From a virus (taxonomy: Duplodnaviria; Heunggongvirae; Uroviricota; Caudoviricetes), in IMG/VR virus record IMGVR_UViG_3300048574_000421: a stretch of DNA of 64,000 bases; one strand, given 5' to 3'. Below, piece after piece: positions 27,908 through 36,616 of the stretch. The notes beneath the pieces were generated by a model that was not told the DNA's origin, did not search any database, and saw only the letters and a program-made list of their open reading frames with translations. A program made the translations under genes and the position numbers. Position 1 is the stretch's first letter; every line of letters starts with the position of its first letter.

Positions 27908-29083
27908 TTAAAACGGGATTTTTTTTCCTCTTTTGGGAGCTTCAGCAGGAGCTTCAACTTTCTTGACTTCAGCAACAATGTCTTTTGTTGAACGATGAGG
28001 ATCAGTATCAATCTTCAACTGTTTTGCTTTAACATAGAAAGGATGAACTTCTTCACAAGTTGCTTTCACAGGACAATCAGAACACATTTTGTCGTTTTCA
28101 TCAAAGTCACCTTTGCATTCATAAACTTCAATATTGTGTTCGTCATCAAGAGCTTCTTCAGTAGAAGTCTCAGGTTCTTTCACAGTCTCGACCTTTTTTT
28201 CAACAACAGCTTCTTTTTTCACAGTTTCAGTCTTTGTTGCTTCTTCAATTTCTTTTTCTACATCTTCAACAGGATCTTTTTCTTTTTTACTTGTTTTGCG
28301 TGTTGAAGTTGCTGCAGGTTCGTCAGAAACATACTGTAAAATTTCATTGTAAGGAGCTTTTGCGCCTTCAAGAATCTTCTTGATTTCTGATAAAGGTGTA
28401 TTTTTTCTGAGCTCTTTAAGATCATAACCTGTAGCAATAAGTGCCTTTTCTTCAGCAGTAAGAGGAGATGCATCACGATCAGGAAGCGTTCTATATTCGC
28501 GTCTTTCTTTCACACCTGAAGTGATAATTTCAAGATCGTAACCAGTTTCTTCATTTGAAGGACTTCCCCATTTTTTTGCGAAGCCAAAAATTTCTTTATA
28601 AACTGTGCCACCAACGCCCATTCTTTTACAAGCAAGCTGTCTCTCTTTAGTCTCTTCATTCTCTACATAAGCATCTTCACGATGAATGACGTTCATGTCA
28701 TACCTTGTTTTTGCAGAGACTCTACCAACTTTTGCAAGAAGTGCTTCAACTTCAGGGCTCTTGTCAGTCATGTCTTCTTCTTCTTTAAGACGATGAATTT
28801 CATCCCACTGAACTGAAACCCAATCGCAACAAGCACAACGTTCGTCAATACCGTGTGTTATAGGTTTTCCAGTTGTAGATCCATTCTGAGGAATCCAGTG
28901 TTGTTTGTACCCGTGAAATGGAAACTCACCAGCTTTTTTCGAAGGAAGTACACGGACAGTATGTGTAGTATTGTCTGAGAACTTCATGTCGCGAATTTTT
29001 TGCTTCTTGCTTCCGTCATCTTCACCGTAACGGTCACCTTCATCTAACCATGGATTAACTTTTTCTGCCATTATGGCCTCCAT
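27908..29083 (-). CDS. gp32-like single-stranded DNA-binding protein
   Basis: VRVLPSKKAGEFPF matches T4 gp32 IRFLPSKNDEQAPF. A zinc-ligand cluster (CACC...) and an acidic/K-E-rich C-terminal tail. Confidence 0.65.
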   Translation of the reverse strand: MEAIMAEKVNPWLDEGDRYGEDDGSKKQKIRDMKFSDNTTHTVRVLPSKKAGEFPFHGYKQHWIPQNGSTTGKPITHGIDERCACCDWVSVQWDEIHRLKEEEDMTDKSPEVEALLAKVGRVSAKTRYDMNVIHREDAYVENEETKERQLACKRMGVGGTVYKEIFGFAKKWGSPSNEETGYDLEIITSGVKERREYRTLPDRDASPLTAEEKALIATGYDLKELRKNTPLSEIKKILEGAKAPYNEILQYVSDEPAATSTRKTSKKEKDPVEDVEKEIEEATKTETVKKEAVVEKKVETVKEPETSTEEALDDEHNIEVYECKGDFDENDKMCSDCPVKATCEEVHPFYVKAKQLKIDTDPHRSTKDIVAEVKKVEAPAEAPKRGKKIPF

Positions 29084-29146
29084 TTTGTTAAAGATAATAC
29101 ATTCATTTTACAAAAAGTTTCTGTTGTTCTATCAATTCTATTTATA

Positions 29147-29806
29147 TCAAGTGGGCCAACCATCATTCTTTTTTAAATCAAAATCTTCATCTTTATTTTC
29201 ATAGTCTTTCTTGATATGATGATATTCTTTTTTAGGTCCAAAAAACTTGTTTCCACCAAGAGCATCAGCCTCCCACTTGAGCATAGATGCAATATTAACA
29301 ATCTTATCGCCTTTTTCGCCAAGACCATTTGCAATAGCAAAAATATGTTTCATGTTCTTTTTTGACATTGCAATATCATCTGAATAACGTTCAAAATCAG
29401 GATCGACTTTAATCATATCTTCAACCATTTTATCAGTTACACGACCCTTACAAGTTTTCTCAAGTTCTTTTCTATATTCAGCTGATTTCTTAGAATTCCA
29501 CACATCAAATTTTGTTTTTAATACATCATATTCATAAACAGCTTCATTATAGATAACATTCCATCTTGCATGAAGAACTGGATTTTCCGCAAGCATTTTT
29601 AACACCATAGGTAAATTCAGTTTGTCAGCCATAGGAATAGACAATGACTCTTCTAAGTCTTGCTCAATTGTCTTTTCTCCAACTTTGACTAAGACTTTTA
29701 TAAAAAAGTCTTTTTCGTCATTTCTGTCAGGCTCAACGGCCTTTGTCCTTCTTGTAATCATGATTTTTGTCGTACTCTTTTCTTGAAACTTCTCTACTTT
29801 CACCAA
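29147..29806 (-). CDS. hypothetical protein (219 aa)
   Basis: ORF track. It overlaps the next gene by 74 nt. Confidence 0.4.
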   Translation of the reverse strand: MVKVEKFQEKSTTKIMITRRTKAVEPDRNDEKDFFIKVLVKVGEKTIEQDLEESLSIPMADKLNLPMVLKMLAENPVLHARWNVIYNEAVYEYDVLKTKFDVWNSKKSAEYRKELEKTCKGRVTDKMVEDMIKVDPDFERYSDDIAMSKKNMKHIFAIANGLGEKGDKIVNIASMLKWEADALGGNKFFGPKKEYHHIKKDYENKDEDFDLKKNDGWPT

Positions 29807-30425
29807 CTAAATAGAGCATTTGTTGCAATCTTTCATATACAGCGTACTGTTTTGTTTGCTTATTTAATTCTCTAAAAAAAGGATCAGCAAGTACAAAATC
29901 AAAAACAAACATTGGTTTATCATAATTTAATTTCTTTACAATTCCTGTTTGCGCTTTTGTCTCTCGTACTTTTATAACACCAATTCTTGGAATTCTATAT
30001 TCTTTATATTTTCTAATAATTTCAGAAGCTGTTGTTAACCAGAGTTTATATAACATTCTTGTGTCTGTATTTTTTAAACCAAACATTTTTGATACAACTT
30101 TTAGTTGTTCGAACAAAGGTGCGCAAAATTTTACAGGTGTTGTTAAAACACCACGTACACGTTCTCTTAAATCATCAACTGGATAAAAATCTATCAAATG
30201 ATATTTTCGCCCATAAAGTAAATAACTATAAGGTTTAACATAAAACTTACCAACACCCATTATATTTATACTACCATACTCAATAGTTCTTTTTCTAATA
30301 AAAAAAGAAAATGCATCAATTAACAAAGTTATATCAGTACTTTTCAAGCCTGTCTTGTAAGAGATGATATCAAGCATCTCAGCTTTACCAGCATCTAAAG
30401 GTTGTTTTCCAACGATCAAATTCAT
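29733..30425 (-). CDS. hypothetical protein (230 aa)
   Basis: ORF track. Confidence 0.4.
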   Translation of the reverse strand: MNLIVGKQPLDAGKAEMLDIISYKTGLKSTDITLLIDAFSFFIRKRTIEYGSINIMGVGKFYVKPYSYLLYGRKYHLIDFYPVDDLRERVRGVLTTPVKFCAPLFEQLKVVSKMFGLKNTDTRMLYKLWLTTASEIIRKYKEYRIPRIGVIKVRETKAQTGIVKKLNYDKPMFVFDFVLADPFFRELNKQTKQYAVYERLQQMLYLVGESREVSRKEYDKNHDYKKDKGR

Positions 30426-31305
30426 TTAAAAATTGCTCAAATTCTAGTTCTTCAAATTTTTTCTTTACAGCATCAATGTCAGTCTGTTGTTCACTGAAAT
30501 CAGGTTCTACATCAAGATCAGTACATATCTTGACAAGTTTATATGCTATTTTTATGTTTTCTAAATTCTCTTTCACCTTTTGTCTTAATTCGTCTTTAGC
30601 ATAAACAATCTCACCTTTTCTATTTAACATTTTTAAACACTCTGGATTGTAAAGAATATTCTCTAAAGACCCATTTGCTAATATAAGTTTTGCTGCTGTT
30701 TTCTCTCCTACACCTTCAATTCCAGGAATATTATCTGTAGGATCTCCTGTTATTGCCATTGCTTCAGGTAGTCTATCAGGAGCAATTCCATGCTTATCTA
30801 AAACAAATTGCACGTTCTTTATAAGATTGTTTGCTAAAGGATGTAAAACTTCTACATGTCTTGAAATCAACTGTTCAAAATCATGATCTGCACTTATAAT
30901 TAAAACTTTCTTTCCTTTTTTTCTTGACTTAACAGTTAAAGTTCCTATTAAATCATCAGCTTCTACAGCATCAAAATGATATTGTTTCACACCAAATAAA
31001 GAAAGGATATTTCTTAATTCGCTAAGTTGCTCGTAAAAAGCATTTTCAAATTTTTTTCTTCCTGCTTTGTATTCAGGGAAAATCTCTTTTCTTCTATCAT
31101 TTCCACCATCCCAAGTTAAGAAAATTGTAGAATCTGGATCGCTATAATCTCTTATTATTTTTCTAATCGAAATAAGAACACTATAGATTGTTTCAGTTCT
31201 TTTTCCTTTACTTGTCATTAATGGTTCAGCTGATCTTCCTTTACCAGTCATTAATGAAAAATAACATCTACATGCAAGTTGATTTCCGTCAATTATTATT
31301 ACCAT
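30385..31305 (-). CDS. 5'-3' exonuclease / flap endonuclease (T4 RNase H / PolA 5' nuclease family)
   Basis: IIIDGNQLACRCYF (first metal site), EADDLIGTL, ISADHDFEQL, and the helix-hairpin-helix GIPGIEGVGEKTAAKLI. Confidence 0.8.
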   Translation of the reverse strand: MVIIIDGNQLACRCYFSLMTGKGRSAEPLMTSKGKRTETIYSVLISIRKIIRDYSDPDSTIFLTWDGGNDRRKEIFPEYKAGRKKFENAFYEQLSELRNILSLFGVKQYHFDAVEADDLIGTLTVKSRKKGKKVLIISADHDFEQLISRHVEVLHPLANNLIKNVQFVLDKHGIAPDRLPEAMAITGDPTDNIPGIEGVGEKTAAKLILANGSLENILYNPECLKMLNRKGEIVYAKDELRQKVKENLENIKIAYKLVKICTDLDVEPDFSEQQTDIDAVKKKFEELEFEQFLNEFDRWKTTFRCW

Positions 31306-31317
31306 AGTATGTTTTTA

Positions 31318-32874
31318 TCAATTTTTTATTGCATCAACAAAATATTGTGGGAAAAATTTTCTATTTTGTTTAAGAAAGTAATTAAATTGACTATCCATGA
31401 TGTAGATCGTGCAAAAATCTTTTTCATGTCTTACACCACGACCTGCAGCTTGAACAAGCGTCAAAGCTGTTTTCCACTTATACCATTCACTATCAAGCTC
31501 CATACGTTTTTTTATTTGTTTGTCTCCCAAAAACATAAATGGCAACTTAACTATAACAACAAATCTTGCAAGATCGTCTTTTAAATCAACACCTTCTGTC
31601 ATTGAAGGTGTGATCAAAACTTTAGGCTCTTTTGTTTCTAAAAAACCTTTAAGTGCGTTAATTCGAGATTCACTATCATGTAAAATTAATCTTGATTGAT
31701 ACTTAGGATCGACGTTTTCTTTTATGTAATTTGCAATTTTATAAGAATGTGCATGAATCAATCCTTTTTCTGAATCATGAAACTCTAAAATCCTGCCTAT
31801 ATCAAAAGCTATTTTGGGTAAAGATTCTTCAATGTCGTTTTTTCCTAAATTCCCAGACCTTGTTAATATGATTGGTCTTATATCTACAGGAAATGAAGAA
31901 GGAACTTGAATAAACTTTGTCTTCTTAATATCTAAATCTAAATTTTTACAAAAACTATCTTTATCAAGAATTGTCGCTGACATAAATAGTTTTTTTTCAG
32001 CATGCCTAAAAAGTAAATTTTGAGCAAAAAACCCGACAGTTAAAGGTTTGAAAATAATTGTTTTTGACCTTAACTTTTCGTTAGTTGTTATATCAAAGAT
32101 CCACTCTATTTTCCCATAACTCTCCAAAAACATTTTTACACGTTCTTGTTGACTTATTAAGCTCTCAAGCTCTTTTTGAAGGTCAGAAATTATTGCTACA
32201 TCAAGAAATTTGTTTTTCAGTTTTTCTGTAGTTTCTTTTCTTCTTTCTTTTATTTTCTCTTGAAGCATCTTTAACCACTCGACATATTCTTCGAGTTTTT
32301 CATATAAAGGTATTTTTGAAGTTACACCAAGTTTTGAAAGATTGAAAGACGAAAAACTAAACTCAACAAACGACATACACTCATTATCTAAACTATGTGC
32401 TTCATCACATATCAAAAGTTTTCTATCAGGAAAAGTATTTGTGTAATTTGTAATACAAAGAAAGTACTTATAGTTCATTAAAGCAACAAAAGATTCTACA
32501 GCTTGTTGTTTTGCAACTTCATAAAAGCACTCGGGTTTTACAGGACATTGTTTTGTAGAACAATATGAATCTTCACATGTAAAATCAGGAAGCAATTTGC
32601 AAGGATAGTTGTTTCTACCTTTAAGAACTCTAACTCTACCCGAACTATAATCTTTTATGTATTGATCTTGAAGTATTTTTTGCGACGTTAAAAGGAAAGC
32701 AGATTTATAATAAAGTCCCAGACAAATTGCAATAGCGCTTTTACCTGAACCTGTAGGGCTTTCCAAAACAACATTCTCTATTTCTTCAGAATCTAAACTC
32801 TGTTGTATGTCGAGAATTGTTTCTTTTTGAAAAGGTCTGAACGTCGTGTGTGGGAAAAAATCGAGAACGCTCAT
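31318..32874 (-). CDS. XPD/Rad3/DinG-family Fe-S DNA helicase
   Basis: Motif I ESPTGSGKS, DEAH box ICDEAHSL, a Cys cluster between them (YPCKLLPDFTCEDSYCSTKQCPVKPEC), and motif VI QAAGRGVRHEKDF. Confidence 0.7.
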   Translation of the reverse strand: MSVLDFFPHTTFRPFQKETILDIQQSLDSEEIENVVLESPTGSGKSAIAICLGLYYKSAFLLTSQKILQDQYIKDYSSGRVRVLKGRNNYPCKLLPDFTCEDSYCSTKQCPVKPECFYEVAKQQAVESFVALMNYKYFLCITNYTNTFPDRKLLICDEAHSLDNECMSFVEFSFSSFNLSKLGVTSKIPLYEKLEEYVEWLKMLQEKIKERRKETTEKLKNKFLDVAIISDLQKELESLISQQERVKMFLESYGKIEWIFDITTNEKLRSKTIIFKPLTVGFFAQNLLFRHAEKKLFMSATILDKDSFCKNLDLDIKKTKFIQVPSSFPVDIRPIILTRSGNLGKNDIEESLPKIAFDIGRILEFHDSEKGLIHAHSYKIANYIKENVDPKYQSRLILHDSESRINALKGFLETKEPKVLITPSMTEGVDLKDDLARFVVIVKLPFMFLGDKQIKKRMELDSEWYKWKTALTLVQAAGRGVRHEKDFCTIYIMDSQFNYFLKQNRKFFPQYFVDAIKN

Positions 32875-33323
32875 ATATGCTCTATATCTTGTACTTTTGA
32901 TTTTACAATTTTATCGAAATATGAGGGCTTTATTTTCACTACACGCTTTCGTATTTCAACTATAATTCCATCTATATTTGAAAGATCACCTTGTTTTATA
33001 ATTACATGATCCCCTGTTTTAAATAACGAAGGTTTTGTTTGTTTTAATTCTACGTCAGTAACAGATAGCTTTTTAATTTGTGCTGATGTAAATTTTTGCG
33101 GACCTTCTTTTTTCGTCCCAAGAAATTTCAATACACCTTCAAAAACTAAAAAATTACTTACTTGTTGTGGTAAAATAGCAGTAGTAGAACGAATAAAAAT
33201 ATAACCTGAAAGCTCTTCTGAAGTAAACACTTCTTGAAAAGCCAAACTTTTTTGTTTTGAGACTAATTGATCTCTAATATATTGCTCAAAACCTTGGCGG
33301 ACTAAAAGAATATACCAACTCAA
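32871..33323 (-). CDS. NusG-like transcription antitermination protein (NGN + KOW)
   Basis: NGN start WYILLVRQGFEQYI. C-terminal KOW GDHVIIKQGDLSNIDGIIVEI. Confidence 0.6.
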   Translation of the reverse strand: MSWYILLVRQGFEQYIRDQLVSKQKSLAFQEVFTSEELSGYIFIRSTTAILPQQVSNFLVFEGVLKFLGTKKEGPQKFTSAQIKKLSVTDVELKQTKPSLFKTGDHVIIKQGDLSNIDGIIVEIRKRVVKIKPSYFDKIVKSKVQDIEHI

Positions 33324-34558
33324 GTTGACAATCCTTTTAATTTTGTTTTTACTGTAGAGACGATCATTCTTTTCATTTTAATAACATGACCTTTTGATCT
33401 CTTGTATTTTTTTGCTATTTCATCATCACCATTAATGTCATATTTCATATTACGTATTATATCATTATACATTGAATTTCGCAAATTTTCTCTCAAATCT
33501 CTTTCAATATGAAATAGATCATTAACATCAACATTGTATTTTTTTGCTAAGGAATAAAGAGAATTTTGCATCGTAGATTTATCTCGAATTACTTGGAGTA
33601 CCTCCTGTTTTAATTCGTCAGATGCATCAATGGTTTTTAATTGGAACATCATTTGAATATGCTTACACATATCTCTGTTCATAAGATCTTCTTCAAAATT
33701 GCTTTGAGGTATATGTGTTTTTTCACTAGAGATTATTTCATCCCATGAACATTCAGGATCGTCTAATTCTATTTTACAAGCATTTGTTTTTCGTTTTTTT
33801 GTAGATAAAAGTTGAAGAACTCTATTGAAAGCACAATTGATCACATACCAAGCATAAGTAGAAAAACAACCTGATGATTCTATATCAAACCATTTTGCAA
33901 CCTGTTTATGCAATGCAATTACAATATCTTGGTAAAAATCAGTTTCAGTCCTATCTTGAAATTGTGCAAAACGGTGTTTATTGAAACTAACATAATTTCT
34001 AATTATTTGGTCCCAAGTTTTACCATTTACACCACGTTGATATAGAATAGTATTAAAAATTCTATTTTGTTTCTTTTTATCTTCAGTTTCTCTGAATGCT
34101 TTGATTAGATCCTTTTCGTCTCTATCTTGAGGAAGTTGATCAGCTTTAACAACTACCTTTATTTTTCTTTTTTCTTCCTTTTTAATACGCTCTTTTTTAG
34201 TTTTAACTACTATAACTTCATGTTGAGTAACAGAAGGAGTGTAACTATCAGGTATTTTAAAATCAAAGTATTTTGAAAAAAGAGTTAAAAGTTCATGTTC
34301 ACTAAATATACTACCAATACATCTCATTTTGCCAAGATGTTTTTGTTTAGCTTCTTCTTCGGTAATTTTAATGAAGTTAGGTCCAAAATCTGGATTGTAT
34401 TCTAATAGTTGAACTTTTTTTCCAGAAAAGCATGCTTTTTTACCGTTTTCGTGTTTGAAAATCGTAAAATGTTTTGTTACGTCAGGCTTGATGTTAACCG
34501 GTAAAATTGAGAAAAAATCGTTAGACAAATACATAAATCTCTCCCACACTTTCAACAA
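33320..34558 (-). CDS. sigma-70-family-like transcription factor
   Basis: Region 2-like CFSTYAWYVINCAFNRVLQ (compare FSTYATWWIRQAITR). A plausible C-terminal region-4-like helix pair. It overlaps the NusG-like gene by 4 nt. Confidence 0.5.
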   Translation of the reverse strand: MLKVWERFMYLSNDFFSILPVNIKPDVTKHFTIFKHENGKKACFSGKKVQLLEYNPDFGPNFIKITEEEAKQKHLGKMRCIGSIFSEHELLTLFSKYFDFKIPDSYTPSVTQHEVIVVKTKKERIKKEEKRKIKVVVKADQLPQDRDEKDLIKAFRETEDKKKQNRIFNTILYQRGVNGKTWDQIIRNYVSFNKHRFAQFQDRTETDFYQDIVIALHKQVAKWFDIESSGCFSTYAWYVINCAFNRVLQLLSTKKRKTNACKIELDDPECSWDEIISSEKTHIPQSNFEEDLMNRDMCKHIQMMFQLKTIDASDELKQEVLQVIRDKSTMQNSLYSLAKKYNVDVNDLFHIERDLRENLRNSMYNDIIRNMKYDINGDDEIAKKYKRSKGHVIKMKRMIVSTVKTKLKGLST

Positions 34559-34743
34559 TGATGAAGGTAAATTTTTAAGGCGCGAAATAATTAGTGAATG
34601 TTATTATAAGGAAAGATTTTTATTGTAGGTAAGTTAATGATTTTTAATGCAGAATTGTGTGACTTTCTCATACTAAAAACTCCATTTTCGTAGGTGTATC
34701 TCATACATACGACAAATTAATTATCGTACCTTAAAATAATAAT

Positions 34744-35898
34744 TTATTGTAGGGCTAATGTAAATACGTTTTGCATATTTTTTGCATCATTAAGTGATTT
34801 TTCAAATTCATCTTTTGTACAATCATCAGGATCTTTTCCTTCAGGCAATACAAGATTAAAAACTTGAATATCTGTAAGGTACTCATGCATAATCTTTTGT
34901 GCAGCTTCTTGGCCTGGATTTGATTTTTTTCCATTTATATCTATTTTATTATCGTTATCTAATGCTATATAAATTCGTTCAAAATTTTGAACTAACTGTT
35001 TCGTCTTATAAGAGTTTAAATGGCAACTTAAAAGCGCGACAACATTGTATCCAAATTTCATAATTCTTAATGCATCAAAAATACCTTCGCAAATAAAAAC
35101 TTCTTTTTTGTATTTAATTGCTTCATCCCAGTTAAAAAACAACCTACTCATAGGCGTTCCAAAAGGATAAAGTATTTTTTTGTAAAGATATTTATCAATG
35201 ATACGTTGCTTATCTTGTTTTGAAAGATTTTTTGTCTTCATTATAGCTTTTGCTTTTGCCCATATATCTGACTTTCCCGACATATCTCTTGCAGCAAAAG
35301 TAATCAATTTATTTTGTAAATAAACTGGTATTATTAAACGTTCATGAAAAATTCTATCATCAACGCAATACTTCATCCCATATTTTTTAATATCTTCCAT
35401 ACAAACACGTTTTTTTACTATATCGAAATATTTCTCAGCAGGTTCACTTGGGGGCAAAACAACTTCTTTTAATTGTTCATCATCTTCATCTTCTGTATGA
35501 TTTTCATAAAACTGAAATGTAGAATTTTTCACTATTGAAAATACATCAACTGTCTCATCAATTCCCACTTGTCTTCTTGCAAACGCTATTGCTTCTTTTG
35601 TAGAGTTTAGATTTTCTAAGTTTTTTATTAACTTAACAAAATCACCACCTCCGCAAACAAAACAGTTATAAACACCATTTTTTTCTTGAATACCAAAAGA
35701 CGGCGTAGAATCATCATGAAAAGGGCAGAGACACATAAATTCTCTGCCCTTTTTTGTCCTATAAGGCTTATATTCAATATTGTAGTGCTTAAGAACTTTT
35801 TCAAGATTTACTTTTGCGTAAATCTCGTCATAGATTTGTTCATAGTTCTCTATCATTTTTAGCACACGTCTTTTTATACTGACAAAAATAACAATCAC
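34744..35898 (-). CDS. dnaG: DnaG-type DNA primase (zinc finger + TOPRIM)
   Basis: CHC2 zinc finger CLCPFHDDSTPSFGI...CFVCG. TOPRIM motifs CEGIFDALRI and YIALDNDNKIDINGKK...GQEA. Confidence 0.8.
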   Translation of the reverse strand: MIVIFVSIKRRVLKMIENYEQIYDEIYAKVNLEKVLKHYNIEYKPYRTKKGREFMCLCPFHDDSTPSFGIQEKNGVYNCFVCGGGDFVKLIKNLENLNSTKEAIAFARRQVGIDETVDVFSIVKNSTFQFYENHTEDEDDEQLKEVVLPPSEPAEKYFDIVKKRVCMEDIKKYGMKYCVDDRIFHERLIIPVYLQNKLITFAARDMSGKSDIWAKAKAIMKTKNLSKQDKQRIIDKYLYKKILYPFGTPMSRLFFNWDEAIKYKKEVFICEGIFDALRIMKFGYNVVALLSCHLNSYKTKQLVQNFERIYIALDNDNKIDINGKKSNPGQEAAQKIMHEYLTDIQVFNLVLPEGKDPDDCTKDEFEKSLNDAKNMQNVFTLALQ

Positions 35899-36616
35899 CT
35901 AGTCTTGAATTCAATTTAGGTTCTTTTGCAAAATCTTTCTTTGATATTCGTTCAAGCATATTGTTAATTTGTCTAAACAAACTATTAAAATCTTCTTCAG
36001 TTCTTTGTGTAAACAAAATATCTCCATCAATAGGATATGCAAGCGCTCCATGAATTGATTCTAATGGATATTTATATAGTTCTTTAATGAAAAAACTATA
36101 AAAAGTGATTTGTGTATTGTTGTCAATATCTTTCTCTTTGCTTTTTGAAGATTTCCAATCAAGACAAATGATTATTTCATTGTTCTCAAGAATAATATCA
36201 ATCCTACCTGACAAAAAAACATTATCAAGATAAGGATTAATAAAGGGTATCTTACAATATTTTTCTATTTCAACTACTCTAAAACCTTCCCAACGTTTTT
36301 TCATTTTCTTGACATTTCCAATTTGCAATAATCCCTTAACTAAACAATCATCAAGTTCTTTTGCATTAGGAAAATTTAAACCCTTTGCTTCTGTACAAAA
36401 AGCTATAAACAATGCTTTCCAAGATGAAGCAATTTCATCTAAACTCATTCCATACTTGAAATGTAATTCTAAAGCTTTATGTAAGACTGAACCAAAAGTC
36501 GTAAAAATATATGCTTCATCAGCTGGTCTCTCATCAATAAACTGCCATTTGTACATTTGCGAACATTTAAAAAACGAAGACAAAGATGATGAAGAAACTG
36601 TTAAATAATCTCTCAT
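35840..36616 (-). CDS. Cas4/RecB-family PD-(D/E)XK nuclease with Fe-S cysteines
   Basis: N-terminal Cys (FFKCSQMYKWQF) plus a C-terminal CYFCQYKKTCAK triad. Core residues GRIDIILE...LDWKSSKS fit D...E.K. It overlaps the primase gene by 59 nt. Confidence 0.6.
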   Translation of the reverse strand: MRDYLTVSSSSLSSFFKCSQMYKWQFIDERPADEAYIFTTFGSVLHKALELHFKYGMSLDEIASSWKALFIAFCTEAKGLNFPNAKELDDCLVKGLLQIGNVKKMKKRWEGFRVVEIEKYCKIPFINPYLDNVFLSGRIDIILENNEIIICLDWKSSKSKEKDIDNNTQITFYSFFIKELYKYPLESIHGALAYPIDGDILFTQRTEEDFNSLFRQINNMLERISKKDFAKEPKLNSRLGDCYFCQYKKTCAKNDREL

